Below are positions 17,794 to 24,781 of a stretch of DNA of 51,057 nucleotides, piece by piece; positions within the stretch are counted from its first letter, which is position 1; every line of letters starts with the position of its first letter. This stretch comes from Planctomycetota bacterium (lineage in GTDB: Bacteria; Planctomycetota; UBA1135; UBA2386): positions 1 through 51,057 of the forward strand of contig JAYZDB010000034.1 in assembly GCA_036338025.1 (NCBI GenBank). The letters run 5' to 3'. The notes beneath the pieces are model-generated. The model saw only the letters and a program-made list of their open reading frames with translations. It was not told the DNA's origin and did not search any database. The translations under genes and the position numbers were made by a program.

Positions 17794-18879
17794 TTAGCTC
17801 AATAGACCGGCGCGAAGGTCCTGCGCCAGGAGTTGATGGAAGTGGTACATCGGTGCCTCGAACCGGGACGCGTACAGTCCCTCGTAGACTCCGGACTCCA
17901 ACCCTTCCTGTACGAGACCGACCACTTCGCTGTCCTCTTGCTGAACCCGGTCAGAGTCGTGCAAAGCGGACTCGAGTTCCTGTTCGGAAGCCTCGCCCTC
18001 ATGGTAGTAGTCAAAGACCACCCGGCATCGGCGCTCGTCGATGGGCAAGACCAGGTTGGTGTCGGCCCAGGAACCGTAACGGTTGATCATGAAATTGGGA
18101 TACGTCCAGATGTAGTGGGCGAGATCCCCCAGACGGTCGTGGTCCTCAGCGGGACAGGTCTGCACCGAGTAGCGGTCACCCAGGCGCACCTCGTAGTCCT
18201 CAAACGACAACTGCGCACACAAACCAGGATGCATGTGCGGCACGTGGTAGCCACCGTCGAGGTAATTGTCGACGAACACCTTCCAGTTGCATTGCAGTTC
18301 GTACTCCCGCGTCGTCACGAACGTCAGGGAGTCGAGAGCAAGCGCGTCGAGTTCGCTCCGCAGGCTTGCGAACTGCTCATTCGGATCTTGAGGATTCGAA
18401 CCAAAGTGCAGCAGCACGAAACCGCCAAGGGTTGCGATGGGAATCGGACGCAGTCCCACCGTCCCGGTCCTGAACGCCCCGACCTCGCCGGCCAGGGGAG
18501 CGCGCTTCAACGCCCCATCGAGCTTGTACTCCCAACCGTGGTAGGGGCAGGTGAAGTGCTCGACCCTGCCATGACCTTTGGCAACGCAGGTGCCGTGGTG
18601 GGCACATACGTTGTAGAAGCCGCGCAGTTCACCGTCCTGGTCGCGGGTGACCAGGAATGGCCGTCTGGCGAGCGAACCCGTGAAGTAGTCGCCGACCTCC
18701 GGCACCTGGCCCAGACGGCCGACAATCTGCCAACTGTTCGCGAAGACCGCATCTCGCTCAAACGGCCTGAAGGCCGGCTCCGTGTACCAACTCGCTGGCG
18801 GCGGAGTCGCCGCTTCGATCGCCAACGAGGGATCGAACTGGGCGATCTGGTCTCGCAGGGTAAGAGGGGCTGCCGTCAT
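17794..18879 (-). CDS. Rieske [2Fe-2S] non-heme-iron oxygenase alpha subunit (choline-monooxygenase-like)
   Basis: ATG at 18879. The Rieske motif is CAHHG...(17 aa)...CPYHGWEY. The mononuclear-iron region is NWKVFVDNYLDGGYHVPHMHPGL. Confidence 0.85.
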   Translation of the reverse strand: MTAAPLTLRDQIAQFDPSLAIEAATPPPASWYTEPAFRPFERDAVFANSWQIVGRLGQVPEVGDYFTGSLARRPFLVTRDQDGELRGFYNVCAHHGTCVAKGHGRVEHFTCPYHGWEYKLDGALKRAPLAGEVGAFRTGTVGLRPIPIATLGGFVLLHFGSNPQDPNEQFASLRSELDALALDSLTFVTTREYELQCNWKVFVDNYLDGGYHVPHMHPGLCAQLSFEDYEVRLGDRYSVQTCPAEDHDRLGDLAHYIWTYPNFMINRYGSWADTNLVLPIDERRCRVVFDYYHEGEASEQELESALHDSDRVQQEDSEVVGLVQEGLESGVYEGLYASRFEAPMYHFHQLLAQDLRAGLLS

Positions 18880-18965
18880 GTGATCAATCGTAATCGCCAG
18901 GATCCCTATCGCCAGATGCCGCCGCTATGATCTCGCCCGCCTCGACATACCCAATCCAGCTCACC

Positions 18966-19868
18966 ATGAACCGACGCAACTTCCTCTACACAGGTGCCCT
19001 CGCCACCGCGGGCGCGAGTTCGACAAATCTCCTCCATCTGACCCAACAGGGCAAACAGGGCGCAGTCAAGCCGTTCAAACGCGAGTGGCGCATGCGTTAT
19101 GCACCGCGCCTCGATTGGGGGCCAGGCTCCCTGATCGAGCGGGTCGAGCGGGTCGCAAGTTACGGGTTCACGGGCGTCGAGTTCAACTGGCTCGCCCGGC
19201 GCAAGATGAAGGAGATCACCGACCTGCGCAAACGCATGGACCAGCTGGACGTCAAAATGGGGATCTTCGTCGCCAACGGCAATGGCCGCCGACTCACCAG
19301 CCCCGAAGGCCGCGGCGCGTTCCTCAAGGATCTTGATCACAGCATCGAGGTCCACAAGGTGATCGGGAACAACTTCTGCACGACGCTGACCGGCAACGTG
19401 CTGAAGGGCGTTCCTCGTGCACAGCAAAAGCAGGCACTCATTGACAACCTGAAGGCCGCCGCGGACAAACTCGAGGGCAGCGGCCTCACCCTGGTGGTCG
19501 AGCCGCTCAACCCACTCAACCACCGTGGCTACTTCCTGGTCACTTCACCCGAGTCCAACGAGGTGATGAAGGCCGTCGGCAGCAAGCACGTGAAGATCCT
19601 CTTCGACATCTACCACCAACAGATCAGCGAAGGCAACCTGATCCACAACATCCGGAAGTACTGGGATGAGATCGCCTACTTCCAGGTCGGAGACGTCCCC
19701 GGGCGTCGCGAACCCCTGACCGGTGAGATCAACTACCGCAACGTCTTCAAGGCAATCTACGACAAGGGCTACCGCGGCTTCCTCGGCATGGAACACGGCT
19801 TGTCCAAGAAGGGGCCGGCCGGGATCCACAAGTGCTTCGAGGCCTACCGCTGGTGCGACAGCTGGTAG
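18966..19868 (+). CDS. TAT-signal xylose-isomerase-like TIM-barrel protein (hydroxypyruvate isomerase / sugar-phosphate isomerase family)
   Basis: ORF 18927..19868. The start is set to the ATG at 18966 (MNRRNFLYTGALATAGASS, a twin-arginine signal). Motifs: GFTGVEFN, LVVEPLN, KILFDIYHQQISEGN, GFLGMEH. Confidence 0.8.
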   Translation: MNRRNFLYTGALATAGASSTNLLHLTQQGKQGAVKPFKREWRMRYAPRLDWGPGSLIERVERVASYGFTGVEFNWLARRKMKEITDLRKRMDQLDVKMGIFVANGNGRRLTSPEGRGAFLKDLDHSIEVHKVIGNNFCTTLTGNVLKGVPRAQQKQALIDNLKAAADKLEGSGLTLVVEPLNPLNHRGYFLVTSPESNEVMKAVGSKHVKILFDIYHQQISEGNLIHNIRKYWDEIAYFQVGDVPGRREPLTGEINYRNVFKAIYDKGYRGFLGMEHGLSKKGPAGIHKCFEAYRWCDSW

Positions 19869-20073
19869 CTCGCGATCGGCAGGTGTCGCGCCTGACCGCC
19901 ACCCGCCGCGACAGCCGGCCTTAAAGTGCGCCGCGGCCCCCGAACCCATACTTCGAGGGCCGCGACAATCCCATACTCTTGTCTCGTCCACCCTCAAGAG
20001 CGGCGGACAGCGCAGAATCGAAGCAGGCTTCCCCGGGTTTTTGTGGCAAGCCCATCCCGGCCTGGGGGCTCGG

Positions 20074-20089
20074 TAATAACTAGTTATTA
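20074..20089. repeat. Perfect 16-bp AT-rich palindrome TAATAACTAGTTATTA
   Basis: All 8 pairs were checked base by base. It lies 5 nt beyond the TAG stop (20095-20097) of the minus-strand propeller gene, inside a 226-bp gap between convergent genes. The composition is strikingly AT-rich for this GC-rich window. Confidence 0.9.
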
Positions 20090-20094
20090 TGTAA

Positions 20095-21576
20095 CTACTT
20101 ACCGACAGACCACAGGTGACGCTCGGTCCGCATCAAGATCTGGTCACGCAGGATCGCAGGGGTCGCGTGGATCTTCTCGCCAAAGTCCACGACCGCATCA
20201 ACCTGCAATGTGTTCGAGACCTTCAGGAAGTGGCAGGTCCCACCACTCGTGCAGACCAGCACGTGGTTTCCCACCCCGACGGGAGAGGCATAGGCCTCGC
20301 TTAGATCACTCAAGCGCTTCTGACGGTAGTGCGCCGTGCCGGAGACGGGATTGAGGCAGGTGACCAGGCCACCGGACTTGTAGAGGTAGAGCCGACCCTT
20401 ATGCAGCAACGGCGAAGACACGTAGGGCAGGCCCCGCCTGTACTCCCACTTGACGTGGGAGTCCGTGATGGTGCCCTCACCACCCGCCTTCACCGCGACA
20501 CAGATGTTCCGACCGGGACTTCTCGAGGACTTCAGGAAACCTGAGACCTCGCGCACCTCCCAGGCGCCGCTCTTGTTCCGATCAGCGAACTCGAAGCAGT
20601 CCTTTGCGCGGCACTCGTGGAGTTCGTCGGGTAACACCTTGCCGTCATCGTTGATATCCAGTTTGCGGAATAAGGACTTGCCGTCCCGAAGGTCCTTCCT
20701 GCTGAACTTGCCTTCGCCAAACAGGGAGTCGATCATCGTCGATCCTTGCGCATTGCTGGTGGTCCAGGCAGCGTGGTAGATCATGTCCTTGTCAGCTGTC
20801 GGCGTAGGGCACACGAAGATCGCCGTGTTGCCGACCTGCCACAAGCGCTCTCCGGTATCTGGATCAAACGACGTCAAGCGACCGGTTCCAGCTACTACGA
20901 GTTCTTCGCGCTTCGAGTTTTTCCACAGGAAGGGCGTCGAGTAGGTCATGATGAAAGCGAGCCGCGGGATCTTCCAGAGCTGCTCACCGTCCTGGCGCGA
21001 CAAGCCGAGGATTGCACGTTCTCGTGCGCCATCGCGCACAACAACCACCGCATCGCCAGCGAGGATCAGCGAATTGGCGGTCCCGAACTGGTGCCTTGGC
21101 ACCGGCAGCTTCTTCTCCCACACGGGCTTGCCGTCCATCGCCAGGGCGCAGACACCGTAAGCACCAAAGTAGAAGTAGACCCGGTCACCGTCGGTGCACC
21201 CGGTGGGCATGGCGGGGCAACAAGACGTGTGCTCCGCGAGTTCTTCGCCTCGTGACCGCACCACATGGCGCCACAGTTCCTTGCCGGTCTTGCGGGAGTA
21301 GCTCAGCATGAGGAGTTGCTCACCCTCGTAGCCCGACAAGAAGACCTGGTCCTTCCACACAATCGGAGACGAGTGCCCGGCGGGTACCTCGACCTTCCAG
21401 CCCAGGTGCTTTTCGAGGTCAAACGGAATCGGCACATCCGTCGAAGGCGCGACCGCCAAGCCATCAGAACCCCGGAACTGCGACCAATGGGCAAACTGCT
21501 GGCCGAATCCAGCCGAAGCCAGAAGGACGGTGGCGAAGCTAGCACACAGGATATCGCAGGTTCTAATCCGGATCAT
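20095..21576 (-). CDS. PQQ-like (BamB-type) beta-propeller repeat protein with an inserted EF-hand pair
   Basis: ORF 20095..21819. The start is set to the ATG at 21576 (MIRIRTCDILCASFATVLLASAGFGQQ). Propeller strings include SSPIVWKDQVFLSG, KTGKELW and GKPVWEK. The EF loops are DINDDGKVLPDE and DRNKSGAWEVRE. Confidence 0.8.
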   Translation of the reverse strand: MIRIRTCDILCASFATVLLASAGFGQQFAHWSQFRGSDGLAVAPSTDVPIPFDLEKHLGWKVEVPAGHSSPIVWKDQVFLSGYEGEQLLMLSYSRKTGKELWRHVVRSRGEELAEHTSCCPAMPTGCTDGDRVYFYFGAYGVCALAMDGKPVWEKKLPVPRHQFGTANSLILAGDAVVVVRDGARERAILGLSRQDGEQLWKIPRLAFIMTYSTPFLWKNSKREELVVAGTGRLTSFDPDTGERLWQVGNTAIFVCPTPTADKDMIYHAAWTTSNAQGSTMIDSLFGEGKFSRKDLRDGKSLFRKLDINDDGKVLPDELHECRAKDCFEFADRNKSGAWEVREVSGFLKSSRSPGRNICVAVKAGGEGTITDSHVKWEYRRGLPYVSSPLLHKGRLYLYKSGGLVTCLNPVSGTAHYRQKRLSDLSEAYASPVGVGNHVLVCTSGGTCHFLKVSNTLQVDAVVDFGEKIHATPAILRDQILMRTERHLWSVGK

Positions 21577-21642
21577 GGCGGAGCGAGAGTCATCGAGAGT
21601 CCGGGAGTATAGGTCGTACGGACGAGCAATGCGCCGTTCGGA

Positions 21643-22569
21643 ATGCCCGACATGCACCGCTTGACGAAAACAAGTTGTTCCGCACCTGGGATGTGCGCGA
21701 GATCCAGTAGCAGTGTCCAGCAGTCCAGGCATACTCCGGTGGTGAAGAGTCGTACCCTGATCCTGATCTTGTTGGTCTTGGCGCTGCTGGTGGTAGTGCA
21801 GCCAATCAGCTGCCATCAACTAGAGCGCTGGTTCGGACCAGCGTCCGTCAATCTCAGGGAAGCCTACACCAACGGAAACACCGGGCCTCGCATCGACCAC
21901 AACACCTTCGACGCAGTACTCGAACGCTGCGTCACTGCATCCGGGCAGGTCCGCTACCAGGTCCTGGCCGAAGATCGCACGGGTCTCGATCGCTACATCG
22001 CAGAACTCGGCCGGGTGATCTTCGACCCTTTGCCGCGAAACGAGAAGCTGGCGCTACTGATCAACGCCTACAACGCCTTCACGCTCTGCCTGATCCTCGA
22101 TCACGGTCCATCCTTGGATTCGATTCGAGACATTCCTGAAGTCGATCGGTGGACCGCACGACGCTGGCAACTTGGAAATGAGGTCATGACTCTCGATGAA
22201 ATCGAGCACGACTACCTGCGCGGGCGCTTCAAGGAGCCCCGGATTCACTTCGCGATCAACTGTGCGAGTGTCAGCTGCCCACCACTCCGACGAGAAGCCT
22301 ACCGCGGTGATCGCATCGAGCAGCAACTTGAGGAACAGGCCAAGGCCGTGCACGCCAACTCGGCCTGGGTCCAGCTGGATTCCTCGGCGCAGACCATTCA
22401 GCTCAACCGGCTGTACTTGTGGTTTGAGGGCGACTTCGAACAAGCGGCCGGCAGCGTGCTGGGATTCGCAGCGCGCTTCCATCCGGGCCTCGCCGCCGAA
22501 CTGGAGGCCGGCAGGACGCCGAGCATCGAGTGGCTCGAATACGACTGGAACTTGAATCAGGCCCGCTGA
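21643..22569 (+). CDS. DUF547 domain-containing protein
   Basis: ATG at 21643; the exact start is uncertain, and a TM/signal segment LILILLVLALLVVV follows. Motifs: LALLINAYNAFTL, HFAINCASVSCPPLRREAY, WLEYDWNLN. Confidence 0.8.
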   Translation: MPDMHRLTKTSCSAPGMCARSSSSVQQSRHTPVVKSRTLILILLVLALLVVVQPISCHQLERWFGPASVNLREAYTNGNTGPRIDHNTFDAVLERCVTASGQVRYQVLAEDRTGLDRYIAELGRVIFDPLPRNEKLALLINAYNAFTLCLILDHGPSLDSIRDIPEVDRWTARRWQLGNEVMTLDEIEHDYLRGRFKEPRIHFAINCASVSCPPLRREAYRGDRIEQQLEEQAKAVHANSAWVQLDSSAQTIQLNRLYLWFEGDFEQAAGSVLGFAARFHPGLAAELEAGRTPSIEWLEYDWNLNQAR

Positions 22570-22576
22570 GACTTCG

Positions 22577-23929
22577 TCAGCGCGAACTCATCGGCGGCGG
22601 GCCGCCAGCTTGGGTCGGAGTCATCCCCAAAACGAATGTGTTGTAGCCAGCGTGCACCCGAACGCGAACGCGCTGTTCACCACCAACCACGCGACCGTTC
22701 CGGATCGCCCGCAAGACGACATCATGCTCGCCTTCCGGAAGCTCCACCCGCATGGCCTGAAAACTAGCTGGCAGAAGATTCCAGCAGCGTAGGTCGGCGC
22801 CTTCTGTCGCAGCCCAGATATTGCCAAGGATGTCGATCCCGACGCGCAACAAGTCTGCCTCACCGCGACGCTCTCGGCGTTCAGAGGTGTTGTGTGTCAC
22901 TACCTCCTTGCTGCCCTCGACGACCGCGGCCTTCAGGGTTCTGCGAATGACGCCCCGTGCCAACACCCAGGGCCGCATCGCATCAAACTCCACACGCGCG
23001 GTCTCTTCGACATCCGTAATGAGCGCCGTCTGACCGACTCGCTTGCCACCGATGAACACCGCGACGGCCTCTGGATTCTCCCGGTAGAATGCCAGGGCCG
23101 GAATCGGCACCGGCACATTGATAGGCACGAAGCTCTGCTGCTTCTTGACCGCCCAGATCAACTGAGCAGCCGCCAACGCGTCGCTGGTAGCCTGCTCGCG
23201 AACCTCTACCCGAAACGGTGCGCGACCGACCATCGAAAGAACGTGCACAACACCGTGTCCTGGCGGACAGAATCTACCGTTGGTAGCACGTTCTAGATTG
23301 GCCTTGGCGTCACGATGCCAAGGCGCGAGTTCCAAGACCTTGGCATATTCTCGCTGGGCCTCACTGCGACCTCGGGGTCGCTGCTCGCTGATGATCCCCC
23401 GCAGATAGTTGCCGAATGCCACCAGCTTGTAGGCCTTCTTCGGAGACTCGATCTCCCCCGAATCAAAGTTCGCAATGATCGCCTGCTGCTTCTCAAGGAC
23501 CTGCAAGGCGTAGGCAAAGGCGTCGTGCCCGCCCTCCATCAGGTCGCAAACCGCCAACATCACACGCACCAGCACGTGCTCGTAGTCCGCCGCCGGATAG
23601 GAGGTGCTCCGATCGTCGAGAAAAACGGACGTAGCCCAGTCGGTGTAGCTGCCTTCTGCCTTGGTGTCGAGAGTATCGCGAGCCTTGCGAAGCACCTCGA
23701 CCGCGGCCGTCGGGTCCAGGTTCGCCTGGTGTGCAATCCCGAGTTCGAGCTGGTAGAGATGTGCGTTGCTGGCGTCGCGTTTTTTCAGTTCCAGGAGTCG
23801 GTCGACCGCTGATCGGTAGTCACCAACCGAGTAGGCCTCGCGGATGCCTACCATCGGATCCGAAGCGCACGCCGCGACGCCAAGGGCCACCCCCACGAGC
23901 GTCAACAAGCGCCGAATCGCGGACACCAT
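22577..23929 (-). CDS. Hypothetical lipoprotein (TPR-like N-terminal region; resembles the COG3014-type conserved lipoprotein)
   Basis: ATG at 23929. The lipobox is LLTLVGVALGVAAC. It is the longest ORF here, only 7 nt from the convergent DUF547 stop. The family guess is weak. Confidence 0.7.
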   Translation of the reverse strand: MVSAIRRLLTLVGVALGVAACASDPMVGIREAYSVGDYRSAVDRLLELKKRDASNAHLYQLELGIAHQANLDPTAAVEVLRKARDTLDTKAEGSYTDWATSVFLDDRSTSYPAADYEHVLVRVMLAVCDLMEGGHDAFAYALQVLEKQQAIIANFDSGEIESPKKAYKLVAFGNYLRGIISEQRPRGRSEAQREYAKVLELAPWHRDAKANLERATNGRFCPPGHGVVHVLSMVGRAPFRVEVREQATSDALAAAQLIWAVKKQQSFVPINVPVPIPALAFYRENPEAVAVFIGGKRVGQTALITDVEETARVEFDAMRPWVLARGVIRRTLKAAVVEGSKEVVTHNTSERRERRGEADLLRVGIDILGNIWAATEGADLRCWNLLPASFQAMRVELPEGEHDVVLRAIRNGRVVGGEQRVRVRVHAGYNTFVLGMTPTQAGGPPPMSSR

Positions 23930-23953
23930 CGTAGGATTCAGAACGAAATCAGC

Positions 23954-24565
23954 CTACTTCCTGAACCACTTGCGGACCATCGCGCCTTCTGTGTCGGTAT
24001 CTCCCGTTGCAGCATTGATCAGGCGAAGCGTCAGCAGATAGTTGGCCTGACGACCATCATCACCTCTCGTCCCGCCCCGGGTGAGGCTGCCGTACATCAA
24101 GAACTGCACCGGCGATTTCTTCTTTTCAAGAACCTTCGCGAACTCACGTTGTGACTTGGGCAAGAGCAGCTTCTCTACCGGTAGGTTGCCCATTTCGCTC
24201 AGTACCGCGGTCACCAGTTCTTCAGCAACAATTCGATACGCCGGGTGCTGGTCAATTCCAATCTGGATGCGGTCGATCAACTGTTCGCGCCACTCCCCCA
24301 GTTCTTCCTTGGTCCGGTTCTGCAGATCCACGAAAGCAAGACGGCGAACCTGGATGCCGGCCTCATCGCCACGGTGCCGGTCCAAGAGCTTGGTGACCGA
24401 CTCGGTGATCAGTTTCTCGAAGGCCGCAGCGCCCGCACCGTCGGTATCAACCATGTTCTTCTCATCGTCCTCCATGATCCTGGCGGAAGGGCCTGTTTCG
24501 CAGGCAACGGGCAGAATCAGGGTGACGAAAAGGCTCAGGTAGTAGAGGGTAAATTTCATGGTCAT
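23954..24565 (-). CDS. Lipoprotein, LpoB-like (COG3417 penicillin-binding-protein-activator-like fold)
   Basis: ATG at 24565. The lipobox is LILPVAC. Motifs RRLAFVDLQNRTKEE...IDRIQIGI...YRIV and ...FLMYGSLT...YLLTLRLINAATGD resemble the LpoB/COG3417 pattern. Confidence 0.6.
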   Translation of the reverse strand: MTMKFTLYYLSLFVTLILPVACETGPSARIMEDDEKNMVDTDGAGAAAFEKLITESVTKLLDRHRGDEAGIQVRRLAFVDLQNRTKEELGEWREQLIDRIQIGIDQHPAYRIVAEELVTAVLSEMGNLPVEKLLLPKSQREFAKVLEKKKSPVQFLMYGSLTRGGTRGDDGRQANYLLTLRLINAATGDTDTEGAMVRKWFRK

Positions 24566-24781
24566 GTGGTGGACAAAGAAGACGGAACGCTACGCGCGGG
24601 TCCGCGTGGCGGAAATCCCTGGTCAGGATCCGAAAATGCTACTTCTTGCCGGCCTCAAGTTCCCCAGATCACTCGAACATCCGATCGGGTTTGGTGTTTC
24701 ACGGCCTCGCAAGGGCGATGAGGCGCGATCGAGATCTCCTGGCTCGATCGCATCCCGATCGGAGCAAGCTCGCGGACGGGA

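Noticed and set aside
17833-18930. A 365-aa plus-strand ORF, and similar long ORFs at 14850..15857, 30983..31879, 31219..32163, 35287..36177 and 46025..46873
   Set aside because: Each is fully antisense or out of frame relative to a gene with strong family motifs. Their translations are Arg/Pro/Gly-rich and low-complexity, as expected for shadow ORFs in GC-rich DNA.
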